Under the pieces are notes generated by a model. It was not told where the DNA came from, did no database searches, and was given only the letters and a program-made list of their open reading frames with translations. The position numbers and the translations under genes are program-made. Below are positions 50,997 through 64,000 of a stretch of DNA of 64,000 nucleotides, piece after piece (positions within the stretch are counted from its first letter, which is position 1; the number at the start of each line of letters is the position of its first letter). The stretch lies in contig NC_087436.1 in NCBI RefSeq assembly GCF_036321535.1, positions 29,266,001-29,330,000 on the forward strand, given 5' to 3'. This stretch comes from Camelus dromedarius (lineage: Eukaryota).

Positions 50997-52399
50997 GAAA
51001 TTACTATATTTCTAATATTATAATTATAATAATTTATACATTATAAATTATAAAATATAAATATATGTGGAATATTAAAGCAGGTTTAATGTAGGTATTT
51101 GTATCCACGTCAATCATCCTTGTTATCTAAGTTCCTTGTAAACCACTACACACCACAGGCTAAACTACGACATGGATTTCACTTCTGTATAAAACAGGTG
51201 GTCCGCCTTCCAGTCCTTCACCACCTTTCACTTCCCTCTCCCCCAGCATCTTTTACTTGCTCGATTAACTTATAGTTGAGATGGGTCAACCCACAATTTC
51301 CTGTTAAAAATAAAGACTGAATGAACACTTCTTACCTACAGGAACAGATTTGACCTCATTCCCCAGGGTGAGGTGGGAGCCATTGCAACACATCCTTTAC
51401 CGTATGTCTCGAATGAAACTGCAGGTACATGTGGATGAAGTCCTTTAAACTTCTTCCAAGAAAACAGAAATAGTCAAAAAAGAAAAAGTGCTCTTCGTAG
51501 CAGTGAGAGATCCTGGGTTCCTGTTTTTCTAACTTTCAATCGTGAATTTTATAAATGTTAACAGTGTATATCAAGATTAGTGGGCTAACTGTATACTATT
51601 AGATTGGGATTGTTTTTTTTTAAATTCACATATAACACCAAAGGAATTCTGTAGAAGAGTACACCTTTTTTTTTTTTCTTTTTCATTCCTGCCATAATAT
51701 AAAGCATGTACTACTTTTGGAAAAAAAAATAATAAAGAGCATATTTTTACTGTACTGACTAAATCAATGTTGGTGAAATTCATTCTAAGACTACTTAGAA
51801 GCAGCTAAATCCCAGTGCTGTTCTTTGCCTGTACATGTGGGTAGACGGAATATAAATTGCTTTTGCAATGGATTTGAAAGCTTCTCTGTAACTATCTTGT
51901 CAATTTTATTGGCAGCAATATGTAGTTAAGACATTTTATTCAAAATTTCTCTGTGAGAAAAGGACTAATAATGGCAAGAATAGTGAAATCCTATGTTAGA
52001 TCTTATTTTTTCCCCCAGTGCTGTGAATCTTTATTTGTTTTTTGTTTTGTTTAGTACTACCAAAGCTTTCTCCTTATATGGATTAAAACAAATTTTGGTG
52101 TTCTTTTTTATTCTTTCAGGGTTTCTTTATACTGTCCCAGTGCTTCATTGGGTTCATTATATCTATCTAATTAATAGTTAGAATTTTTTTCCATTTATAT
52201 ACGTCAGAGGAAACCAATGAGTTTTATAAAATTGCCACAGCATTTTAGCCTTGTTAAAACAATTATTAGAATGAAAAAAAGCTGATTTTAATAAGACTGG
52301 TTTGAATTAAGACATGTAAGTAGAATTATTACTGGTATATTCAAGAAAGAAGTGGCAAATCACAAATACTTTAATATGAGATTAATTTCTTTAATCACA

Positions 52400-52755
52400 T
52401 AAATGATTTTCTATAAAAAAATATAAGCAGACATTCACAGAAAAATAAATATACATGGCCAATGTTTATAATGTTTACAAATGAAACATTATTATTATAA
52501 ATAAAATTTTAGTAATAAATATTAAATTATACACCCTGCTTTTCAAAATGGCAAAATTTGGTATATGCTTAAGAACCACTGTGGCTTATTATGTTGGCAC
52601 AGAAACATTCTTAAATGTTTCTTACGGCAATGTAAATTGGTTTTACACTCATATATCGTTGGTAACACAGAAAATACCTTAATTTTTTTTCTGTAAGTTC
52701 TTATCTTGAGAAAATAATGAAAAATAACAGAGTTAGACACAAGCATGTGTGATGC
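52400..52755 (+). mobile_element. Old L1ME-like ORF2 3' remnant
   Basis: agacattcacagaaaaataaatatacatggccaat, tgtaaattggt, tatcttgagaaaataat. Confidence 0.45.
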
Positions 52756-52890
52756 AGTTTATTCATTTGTTCATTCTTTACCTCAGTATGTACTGAACTC
52801 ATGGTAAGTACCAGACATCGATGCTGTGGATCTGCTGGCCAGATAAAACAATCTTTCCTCATCCTAATTGAGCTTCGACTCAGTTGAGGA
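52756..52890 (-). mobile_element. L2 3' end
   Basis: ttattcatttgttcattc..tatgtactgaactc..taccagacatcgatgct..tcctcatcctaattgagctt. Confidence 0.5.
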
Positions 52891-53249
52891 GAGTTGCCTT
52901 TTAAAAAGTAATTATGCATAGTCACTTTTGCTTTGTTTCAGCTCCATTACTTATCTTCTGAGTGACTTTGGACCAGTTAAACACCCTCCCCATGCCTTAG
53001 GTTCCCAAGATCATTGCAGAGTAAAGTAAGCTAGAATGTCTAAGGTCCTAGGACCATGATGAGCACGCAGGATATATTTGTAACAATTTTTTAATTGAAG
53101 TACAGTTATAACTATTGCTTATTATTACTACTACCACTAGTAGTAGTAGTGTATGTGGAGCAGTAACTAACAGTATTTGTAACATAGTACGGTTACTCCT
53201 ATTCTGCTCTCTGTTATTTGTATTTGGATTATATAGGCAGCACCTGATA

Positions 53250-54160
53250 GACACTCAGGGCTAAAAAAAGAAAGAAAAGGCATTAGAGAAGGAATAAGTA
53301 AAGGTAAAATTAAAATGTTGTTTTTTTATTCTGAATTGATCTAACAGATAACTGTTCAAAATAAGAATGGCAGCAATATATTTATTCAGTTATGTGTGTG
53401 CGTACTGCTTATGTGAGTTTGTGTACAGGTGAAATGAATAACAGCAATGATTCAGAGATAGGAGGTAGGAATTAGGATTATTTTGTTCTTAGAAGTACTT
53501 GGAGTACCTGTGAAGTGGTGTAGTGTTATTTCAAATTGGACTTGGATTAGTTGTAAATGCACATTGAATGTTTCAAGTCAATCCCTAAAAAATGCTAAAA
53601 GAATGTGTAACTGAAACGCTAAGACAGAAGAGAAAGCGGAATCATATAAAATGCACAAAAGGCAGACAAAGGTGGAAGACAAAAAAAAAGGAATAAAGAG
53701 CAAGGGCAATGAATAGAAAACAGTACCAAATGTGGTGGAATTATAGGCTGAATATTCCTGTCTTCCCCGGATTCTTATGTTGAAATCTAATCCTCAGTGT
53801 GAGGATATATGGAGAGGGAGGTCCCTGAGAGGTGATTAGCTCATGAGGATGTGGCCCTCATGAATGGCTTAAAAAATCCCTTAAAAAAGGAAGCCCCAAG
53901 AGCTCCCTAGCCCATTCCTACTGTGAGGTCACAGTGAGAGGACAGGAAGCAGGCTGTCACCAAGCACTGAATCTCTGGCACTTGATTTTGGACTTCTTAG
54001 TTTCCAGAGCTGTGAGAAAGACATGTTTGTTGTTTAAGCCACTCAGTGTATGGTACCTTTGACATGGCAACCTAAATGGACTAAGACAGGTAGATATTAA
54101 TGCAATTATATCATTTTAAACATCAGAGGTCTAAATATACCAACTAAAAAGACAGACAGT
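53250..54160 (+). mobile_element. Old L1M/L1MD inter-ORF region, interrupted by MLT1A
   Basis: aattgatctaacagataac, gtgaagtggtgtagtgttattt..tggacttggattagttgtaaatg, aacagtaccaaatgtgg|tagatattaat, ggtctaaatataccaactaaaaagacaga. Confidence 0.7.
53739..54088 (+). mobile_element. MLT1A-like ERVL-MaLR solo LTR
   Basis: attcttatgttgaaatctaatcc, ggtgattagctcatgagg..gccctcatgaatgg, ttgattttggacttc..tccagagctgtgagaaa, gtttaagccactcagtgtatggta, ends ctaagaca; TSD-like ggtgg/ggtag. Confidence 0.9.
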
Positions 54161-55179
54161 AAAAAGCTGTATGTGTGCTATATGAGCCGACAGTCAGGAG
54201 AAGGAAGGCTGTAATCCCTCAAGTAGCTGGCTAGTTAAGCATTTGGTCTGAGACCTCTTTGTCTCCACAGATGGACTCTAAGATCCATACTTGGGTAGGA
54301 GATTCCTGGTTATCGTCAGCTTTACTGAATTAACAATACCTCTATGAAGTTTACACTTGATCTGCATCCATTTCTAAATTAGAATTCCTCAAATTTCCAC
54401 TGGCTATTTGATTTAGTAGGGCGACTGAACCACTGACTGAATTATATATCTTTTTTCTCAGATGATTTTATTGAAATTGTATATGGAGTATTATTTGTTG
54501 AACAATTTTTAGATGTTTTTATGTAATAAAATTTATACCGTTTATGTGTTCTAGTTTTTAATAAGATCCTAGCCAGGGCTTTTTAAATTTTTTTCTCTAT
54601 GAGTTCACTTGTTTTCACATTATTCAAAAAACATTTTCGTTTTTTACATTTTATTAATTTGTTTATAAACATTTTGAAGAGAAGACTTGTTCTTCTTAAC
54701 TGTTCACTACCTCACACATATGTACTGAGACATCTTCAGAACTATATCATCAAGTTACTTACTAATGTTTATAATTCTTTTTTTAAAACCCAGGAAACTT
54801 ACCTACATGACAGTGTTTTCAATGTAGAGGGCCAAGTAGAAATGTATGTAGAGCTGGATTCAATTAATTGAGAATAATAGACAAAGCATTTTGGCAAACT
54901 AGGGCTAAAGGAGTGTATGCACTTTAGAATATGCAGAAATGCTATGTAGTGAATAAAAAATCGAGTGCAGTCAGGGTAGGAAGCCATCCTGTTTTATTGA
55001 GGAGCAATTTTCGAGGCTGACCATGACCATGGTGCTCTTACTGAGAATGCACTTACAGGCTTTGAAAATGTGTGGCACTCCCTCTGCTAGATCGTTTTGC
55101 AGTTAATATAGACTGTTGTTGTTTTGAGTTTCGCTTTTGTCATGCATTGGGGGAAAAAAAAGATTTTGTAAGTTGAATT

Positions 55180-58020
55180 CCATTTCCAGGATGATAGAAT
55201 TAGCAGCTCAGCAGACTCATCCCCCAGCAAAACAAGCAAAGTTGTGGGGGGAAAAAAACCTATTAAAACAAAACCAAAAGGCAGAAAAAAAAAACCAAAA
55301 AACCTCAACTATTCTGCAGCTCAGGAAATTGCCCTAAGGGCATAGAATAAGGGAAGACATGTTTCTCTAGGATAATCTACTGAAACTCAGTAAGATCGGT
55401 GAGATTTTGACGTTTGAGCCACCACCCACTTTCTTCTGCCCCCTCCTCCCTTTCCATAGCTCAGCTAGTTGGAAGTTTCACTCTGGGTGAAAATATCTAA
55501 AAAGATGAATACAGCCTTTGCTGTCTTCTCATGCTCCAGTCAAGGCTTACTGTATCTCTCCGAGAGGGCCAGGCCACCAGCAGTTCTCATCCCTTCCAAG
55601 TCAGTGTTGAAGAGGCTGAATTCTTGGTAGGTACAGCTCAGAGGTTGGGGCTCCCATATTCCGGCAGCCCCCTTCTCTTAGGACAGAGTCCCTACTCCAG
55701 GTACAGCAGGCCGAAGATACTGGGGCCTCAGATGCTCTCTTCTCAGGTCATTCATGGGGTAGGTGGGCCACACTAGAGAGGAAAGTAGAGGAAAGCCATG
55801 AAGAACAGAAGTTACTCCTGACTCCGAACCCAGAATAGAGGCTCAGATAATTTGCCTAGGAAGCTATGCATAAAAAGAGAGAGCTCTGAAGCTCTCCCCA
55901 AGGGACTAACTTTATTTGTAAACAGAGTGTGAAAAGTTTAGCCTAAGAGCACTCTTGAAACAAGAGTTCCTTTTAATTAAGAACAACACACTAAACCATA
56001 GGCCATTGAGCTCATTACTGAAAGCCAGAGAAAGAGCAAAGAGCCCTCCTGGATTTAAAACCTCAAAAGCTGGCCTCAAAAACCACTCGTGCCAAAACAT
56101 AATTTGATCAGACTACTGAACATTTTTTATCTCCTATGGCATTGTCAATAAAGAAATCAGCGGTGATTAATTGAGCTTAAGGAGTAGGTGTATAATACCA
56201 AATAAAGCAGGCAGTTTACCAGAGAGATCAGAAAAAGAGAAAGTGAAATACTGCCCTGCTAAAATCACTGTCATCTCAGTGTGGTCACAGCACACCCAAC
56301 ACTGCTTTCTCCAAGAAGCCACATCAAAGTCGTCATAGACAAGGGAAACAGACTGCAGTAACACAGCCTAGCTAAGTCACAAAACAAATAAACAACACAA
56401 ACAAACCTCAGAGAATGGCAGAGGAAAATCACTATCCAGAGTTGCTATAATGTATTACCTAAAATGCCCAGTTTTTTACAGCCATAACAAAAATTATGAG
56501 ACATGCAAAGAAATATCAGTGTGACCCATTACAGGAAAAATGAACAAACAACAACAGGCAAAAGACATGGCCAGTAAGAGGGACCAGATGTCAGATTTAA
56601 CAAAGATTTCAAGTTAGCTATAATAAAGGTGTTCAAATTGGAATACCGAAATGGAAATTCTGGAGTAAAAAGTACAGTACTTGACTTGAAAATTAAAGGG
56701 GCTAACTGTAGACTTGAAAAGCCAGAAGAAAGAATATATAAATTGGGAGATAGATCAATCGAAAATATGCAATCTGAAAAACAGAGAAAATAGAATGAAG
56801 GAAAATAAGCAGGCCTCGAAGAAATGAGGGACATTTTTAAGTGCAAGGATATACACATGATGGGTGTACCAGAAGGAGAGAAGGAAGAGAAAAGAGCAAA
56901 AGCAGGTATTAGAAGAAATAATGGCTGATAAAACACATTAATTTACATATCCAGTAAGCTCAGTGAACTCCGAGTAGGATAAATGCAAATGATTCACACT
57001 CCAACATATTATAGTAAAACTGCCAAAAGCCAAGAGCAAAAGGAAAAATATGAAAATAGCAAGAGAAAAATGGCTCATCATGAATGAGGAAAGCCAGGAA
57101 GATTAAAACCTGACTTCTCCTGGGAAACAATAGAGGCCAGAAGTCAGTGGGGTGAGGTAACATGCAGAAAGAACAAATGTCAACCAAAAAGCTTACATAC
57201 AGCAAAATACTTTTCAAAGATGAATGCAAAATAAATACATTCACAGATAAACACAAACTGAGAGAATTTGGTGCTGTCATTCCTGCCTTACAAAAAGCAC
57301 TGAAGGAAGTTCTCCAGGCTATTAGCAAGTATATCCAGATGGAATTCAAATCTACCTAAAAATCAATGAACAGTCGTAAAGTTAATTCTATAATGATAAA
57401 GACAGTATAAATGCGTTTTTTGTTCTTCCTTTTCTTAGCTTATTTAAACAGGAGTTTTATACACATATGTAAAATTATATTTGTTTTTTCTATGACATAA
57501 AGAAATGTCATTTATTTGATAATAAGCTCACAAAGGAAGTTAGTGGGAGCAGAGTTGTAAATGGAGTAAAGAAATGATACTGGATGGTATTTTGAACCCA
57601 CAGGAACAAATAAATAGAATCTGAAGTGATAAATAAGATAAACACAACAGAGTTCTTATATACTTAATTTCCTTTCTTTTCTCAATTTCTTGAACAGACA
57701 TAAAAATACATGAAGTAAAAATTCATAATATATTGTAGGAAATGTAACATATGTAATGCATATTTATATGTAATATTGTGTACATGTATTTATATACATG
57801 TGTATATATACTAATGTATATGTACATAGAAAACCTATATATAATTTTATATCTAACATAAGTATGTATGTGATATATAGACTCAAAGCACTGAATGGAG
57901 AATAGGAAACAGGGTTATATAGGAATAACATTTCTATATTTCACTGTAATCAAATTAATATAAATCTGAACTAGATTGTGATGAATTAAAATGTATAGAG
58001 TAAACCCTGGAGCAAAGCAT
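55180..58020 (+). mobile_element. Old L1 (L1M4/L1MC-type) 5'UTR, ORF1 remnant and inter-ORF region
   Basis: ORF 57162-57359 LFKDECKINTFTDKHKLREF...PALQKALKEVLQ matches the ORF1p C-terminal domain; gggtgtaccagaaggagag, taagctcagtgaactcc..aggataaat, gacttctcctgggaaacaatagaggccagaag. Confidence 0.85.
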
Positions 58021-58329
58021 ATAATGGAAAGTAAAGGGTTGGAAAAGAGTTAGATTGGGATTGAGTATTTTATTTTCTCCAAAAATGTCCATTCAGTTTT
58101 CATTTTCCATAATATATCATATAAAATATTCACTTTTAAAATGTAAAAAGAGTTAACCAGAGTGTTAATCTTTTAGAGCGATTTTTGTTTTTAAATATTT
58201 TAAGACTCAGATGGTGTTTTGTGCCTAAAATATTTAGTTCTGCACTCTTAATTATATGTTAAACTGATTCAGTGGCCATCAACTGTCTGTTCCCCTACAG
58301 TTTTCTTATCACAAAATTTTATTTTAATT

Positions 58330-60560
58330 AATTTCTTGTTTCTGGTTTACATCTCCCAGTAGAATTTGTGGGAAGTCATATGGCTGCTGGTATGAACTTG
58401 ATTCCTTTTGTATTTGAGAATGTCTTTTTGTTTTGTTTTTGTGGTGATGAGGGTGGTTGTTTTTGTTTTGTTTCATATTTCTCAGGTAAATATATGGGGC
58501 TGAAATGATCAAATCATATGGTAAATGTATGCTTTGTTCTATTAGAAACTTTTGTATTCAGTGGAGAGGAATTGTTTATCTTTCATTAAATTTATTTATA
58601 TAAATGTTATATTTTATGATGCTGTTATAAATGTTTTTATTTCATTCTCTAAGTGTTTATTTTTAGTTATGGACTACCATTGACTTTTCTTTAATAACCA
58701 CATGTCTTATATAATTGTAAAATGCTCTTATTATTTTTAGTATCATTATTGTAAATTTTGAAGGACTTCTTAGAATTTTCTGCATACAACATCACAAAGA
58801 AACACTAGAGACAGTTTTTAGAAATCTGTTTTTAAACTTCCAAATATTTGAATATTTAAAGTATTTACTATTGATTGCTACTTTATTTTAAGGGATTTTT
58901 ACTTGATTTTTGTAGTGGCTTTATCTGGTTTTGATAACAGGGTCATGCTAGCATCATAATATAAAGAGGGAAACAATTCCTCCTCATCAATTTTCTGAAA
59001 GAGCTTCTGCAGAATTGATGTTAATTCTTCTTTAAATGTTTGTTCATGGTCTCCTGCAAAACCATATGGGCTTCCTGATTTGTTTGGAGTATCTTAACTA
59101 AAAACTCAATTTGCTTTAAAGTAGTGGGACTACTTATTGTATCCATTTCTTATTGAGTGAATTGTGATAGTTGGTGTTCAGTGAATTACCTCATTTTGTC
59201 TGATTTATGAAATTCATGTGTGTGTCGTTTTTTCTGGTAGTAATGTATGCAGGATATGTTGTGATACCCTGGTTTCTTTCCTAATAGTGGGAATTGGTCT
59301 TCTCTTTTTTTGTCAGTCTTGCTATAGGTTTCTCAATTTTGTTAATCTTTTAAAAAAGTATAACTCTCTAAGGACCAGAAATTAAAGCATGTTAATTGCT
59401 CTACTGAGTATAAAATGGAGGGTCCAGAAAATATCAAGTCATTATGTTGTACATTTGAAATGCTTGCTATATGTCAATTATCTCAGTTTAAAAAAATAAA
59501 AATGAAATACTGAGTCCACAGAGGCTTTAAATACAGAAAAAAATATATATATATATAAAACTCTCTTTTCTTGATTTTACCTATTGTATTTCTATTTTAA
59601 ATTTCAGTGATTTCTACTCTTTCGTTTTTCCTTCTTTCTACTCGATTTGGGCTTATTTTGTTCTTCTTTTGCTAGGCTCTTGATGTGGGAGCTTCAATTA
59701 TTGATTTGATTTTTTTTCTAATGTAAGCGTTTAGTGCTGTACATTTTCCTGTCAGCATTTGTTAAGCTTTGTTTCACAGATTTATTCTGTTGTATTTTCG
59801 TTTTTATTCAGTTCAATGGATAATTTGATATTCCTGAGACTTTCTCTTTGACCTGTAAGCTAACTAGAAATGTATTATTTAAAGCCTATGTATTTGGGTA
59901 TTTCCTTGTTATCTGTAATAGCAGATTTCTTTGTTTCTGTGGTGGTTGGACAACACACTCCACATGATTTTATTTAATTTTGTTTTTATATTTGTTGAGA
60001 TTTGTTTTATGGTCCAGAATATGGTCTGTCTTGGTACATGTGTCATAGGCAGTTGAAATATTCTATCCATATCAATTGGATCCACTTTTTTATGATGGTG
60101 TTGAGTTCTTACATATCCTCGTTGATTTTCTGTCTAGTTGTTTCATTAACTATTTAGAGAAGGGTGCTGATGTCTGCAATTATAATTATATATTTGTCTC
60201 TTTCTTCTTTCAGTTCAGTCAGTATTTGCTTCACATATTTTGTGGCTGTTGTTTGGTTATATTCATTTAAGATTTCCATGTCTTTTTCATGGCTTTACCG
60301 TCATATCATTATATATTATCCATTTCTGTCTCTGGTACTTTATTTGCTCTGTTTCTCCTTTACCTGATATTAATATAGCCACTCTTATTTTCCTTTGATC
60401 AATGCTTATATATTTCCCTACCCCTTTACTATCAGCTTACCCATTTCATTGTATCTGAAGTAAATTGCTTGTGGATGGCATGTTTTTTGGTTATTTGTTT
60501 AATCTGCTTTGACAATAACTGTCTTTCATTGGTGTATTTTGACAACTTGCTTTTAAAAAT
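58330..60560 (-). mobile_element. Old L1 ORF2 fragments (antisense)
   Basis: tctggttttgataacagggtcatgctagcatcata, ttcctcctcatcaattttctgaaagag, ttcttctttaaatgtttg, ttatggtccagaatatggtctgtcttggt, gatattaatatagccactc. Confidence 0.8.
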
Positions 60561-63229
60561 ATCAACCACATTAAAAATAAAATCTGAAAAGTTAGACAGT
60601 GTTCTATAATTGTAAAGTCAATTTTACATTTGTCACATAAGAACACCATGAGGTAGTTGCTTGTTTTTTCTTAATAGCATATAATTTTCATATGTTTGGA
60701 AATAGAGTCACTGGCTTGATTTGAATGAAGCAGCATTCTATAATTGAAAATACGTGGCATAAGGATGCCAGACCTAAGTTCTACTGAATATTTTGCTAAT
60801 AAAATGTTTTATAATGTTTTTCTGTATTATTTAACATCTTAAATCTCAGTTTGTTCTTTCTTAACTAGTGTTTTGTGAAGACCTAATGCAATGTTTGCAA
60901 GAGTTTGTAAACTATACAGTGCTCTGCATATATCATTAAATATGACTAAGCCTAACAATTTGCCCAGTGTCACAGAAAATAGTGGCTCAGCCTGGTCTAA
61001 AACATGGGATTTTGCCTTCCTGGCTTTTACTGCAAAGACTCTTTTTCCAATTAAAAGTAACAAACGCTTCTGCATTTGTTTCAAGGTATATTTTAGAAAT
61101 TGACTACTTTTAATTTCCCAATATATAATTTTAAAAAAGAATTTATGATGGATCAGTTTTACATGTTTTCTTAATATTTCCATAGAATTACTCAAAATAT
61201 CATATAAATGGCATTGCTAATTACTTTTAAAACATCAAAAAGATATTAAAAAGCACATTAAGTAAATTGTTTATAATCCTACCGTCTTTATTAAAACCCA
61301 TTTCAATTTAATTAAATTAGAATTTTTCAAATGAATAAATACAACTGTGTGGAAATGAAAGTGCATTATATGTGTCATATTATAGATACAAGTTAGAGAT
61401 AAAAAGATAAAAGATAGGTTACCAAGTGAAAAACTTGAAATTGAGGCGAAAAAATAATAAATCCCATGATAACATAAAGAAGACAAAAAATGGCAATCTA
61501 GTTTAGCGGTAGAATATTTCATTTTCTCCACAAAAACTCTGAAACTTTTGAGCGGTGTAGAACAATAAAATATAAAATTCTGGATGAAATAAAGAATTAC
61601 TGACCTTCTGTGTCAGAAATCCTGATAGGACTGGTCCTATCCAATCTCAGAGAAAATGTGCACTTAGTAGATTAGAAACAGCAAAGCTACTTGGTTCAAG
61701 TGACCCCATGATTAAATTCAATATAACTTAGAATAGTGACCTAAATGCTCCATCAAACTAGAGTTTGAATTCTCAGAGGCATATTTTCAAGGTGTAAGGA
61801 AAGGAATGGAGAAAGTGGTCTAGGAAATAATAAGGTAGCGCCAGAACAAGGGAGGACAGGTGAAAAAAAAATGGGCATCACCCAAAGGGGATTAAAAAGA
61901 AAAAAAAGAAAAGAAACAATTTAAGTACAGTAACCTTACCTGGGCAGCAACTCTCAGCATCCTATTACTTCACTTTAAGGCAAATGAAGTATCCTTTTTT
62001 TTTTCTTTTTTTTTTCCTGCAATGATTTATTCTCTTAGTGGTCATCATATATTAATGTTAACAATAATTAAATTCTATATTAAAGCAGGTTGTATGCTCT
62101 TTCCCTGAAGAATGAATGCAAGTTAGCAATAATTCTTATTGGATAATAAAACTCTTCCTTAGGAAATGGAATAAAGAAATTATTCCCTAAAGCCTATCCA
62201 AAGGAAAAACCTCACAAGTTTTATTAAGTTGTTAAATAAAACAGTAGGCAGAATTGGGAAACTCAGTAAATGAAATAAAGAAATTTAGAAATGTAAAAAT
62301 ATTAACTTTTTATTGAAGGTAAAATTGCATTATGATGTTCAGTGATGCCTGACTTAACCAGTACCTGTCCAAGCAAGTACTCATCAAATAGCTGGTGTTG
62401 CCATGTAACTATAAGTCCTGAGTACAAATGAGGATGTCTGTAGATTGCTCAGAAGTCCTGCAAAGCAGAACTGTATTGACTTTGTTTGAAATGTTAAAGC
62501 AAAAGATACGTGCTCATAAAGTCGCATAATATAATTCATCAAGATCAAATATTAAAGAATTTATAACAAGAGTATCTTTTTCAACAGACTAACAATATCT
62601 AAACTAACAATTATATTCACCTGATTATCTACCATTTCCAAGAACTACCAAAGGATTTTTTTCTTTTTTTTAGTCTAGTGCATAAAAGAATGAAACCCTG
62701 TTTTAGCAGTTTGATTCTCATGGCTTTAACACCTGTGTTCAAATGCCAGGGTTCAACTTTAGAATGATCTTGATTATCTATTAAAAAACCAATTTTATAA
62801 TTTCTATTGAATTTCATATATTGTTTAGATTTCTTAACTAAATTTGGGGGGCAGTTTATATTTTTCTCTACAGTTTTAATGCTCTTTAAGAGTAGGAAAC
62901 AGCAAATCGTGATTATGTACTTTTATAGACTTTTTTCAAAGTCCATTGAAGCTGCCCTTGATGATTTCCTGACCAAACATAATGGTGAAGGACTGTGCTT
63001 ATAGAGATTAATTAGTGACAACTTATGTCCAAATGAAGGATGATGCCATCATTTTAGGGCTCTGTATCATCAGAAATGTTCTTGTCATAGGGGGTTTTAT
63101 AACATAAACAATAGAATCTCAGTTTTGGTAATCAGAACACATCATTTTACACCATGCCATATGAATACTCACTATTCAGAAACTGCCTTTTGAAAGCTCA
63201 AAACAGTTCAAATTTTATCCATATTGCAC

Positions 63230-63390
63230 TCTTACTGGATTGGAATGATTATTACACTTACCCATAGAAAATTACCCACAGAATTAAAGTGAGAGATGGA
63301 GTCTAAGTAAATTGTGCAGAATCACAGCTGTGGCAGAGAATATAGATCTTATTCTTTCAAACTGCTTCTTGTTATGAATCATTAACATTT
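63230..63390 (-). mobile_element. MIR remnant
   Basis: aagtaaattgtgcagaatcacagctgtggcagag; diverged. Confidence 0.35.
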
Positions 63391-64000
63391 TAAATGTGCT
63401 TTCTGCAGTGGCATTTGCATGCCATTTTCATGATTTTTGCCATATTCATGTATCATCTATATAGTTATTTATTCAATATTGTTATTTAGGTTGACCCACA
63501 TTTTACTCCAAGAAAATCTAAGTATAAATGTTTTACATCATCATCATGAAGGAAAAAAACAGCATGCTTTGATATGTAATGAGGATAATTATATAAGCAT
63601 AATGAAAACTGTTATTACATTTAAAATTATAAATTTATATTTTAAAAAATTATAAAAGATAATGTCTTTTGAAAAAAATCACTCAGTCAATATTTACAAT
63701 ATAAAAATTATAGCATTTATGGTTATTTATCAGTTTTATGCTACTAAGTTAGAAATAATATGAGCGTTTTTGTTTTATTCAAGTACTACCTAAACTGTTT
63801 TATTAGAAAATAAGACACCAGAATATAATGCTTAAAAACAAAGATGCTTAGCTCATAGAAGAGTCTAAAAGTGCAGGTAAAAGGCTGATAGTACAGGTGG
63901 CTTCTATCTTTGGCTCCATGATGCCTGCTACAGTGGTCCCTCAAGCAGTGAGACATAACAGAAATGGCGGACATCCATATGCCTTTAAATTCATGACCTT

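Noticed and set aside
56529..57349. 135-aa and 129-aa minus-strand ORFs
   Set aside because: Antisense frames of an A-rich L1 ORF1 remnant
1..64000. CRISPR arrays, operons, defence systems, numts or non-retroviral endogenous viral genes
   Set aside because: Mammalian nuclear DNA with no regularly spaced repeats, no long ORFs and no mitochondrial or viral similarity I can recognise; a BLASTX of the repeat-masked sequence would be the decisive test

Overview
AT-rich, CpG-poor eutherian (mammalian) genomic DNA. It is most likely camelid: the youngest L1 resembles camel/alpaca L1 as I remember it, and I see no Alu, B1/B2, Bov-A/tA, PRE-1 or Can-SINE. I found no recognisable protein-coding exon, RNA gene, CpG island or promoter, so the window reads as gene desert or a very large intron. 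A large part of it is transposon debris of many ages: L1 (old L1M/MC/ME fragments up to a young 5'-truncated copy with TSD and open ORF2 C-terminus), L2, MIR, MaLR/ERVL/ERV1 LTRs, a ~3 kb ERVL provirus remnant with integrase similarity, and Tigger/hAT MITEs. The ORFs I can assign are L1 or ERVL remnants; the rest look like chance ORFs. Points worth following up are a strongly delimited 26-nt candidate microexon (36182-36207), two motif-dense enhancer-like segments, an ERV1 solo LTR with degenerate ISRE-like motifs, a CpG-retaining hairpin MITE and several informative insertion/deletion junctions. I cannot support a claim of a new biological system. Repeat family names come from memory of consensus sequences, and boundaries of old elements are approximate.
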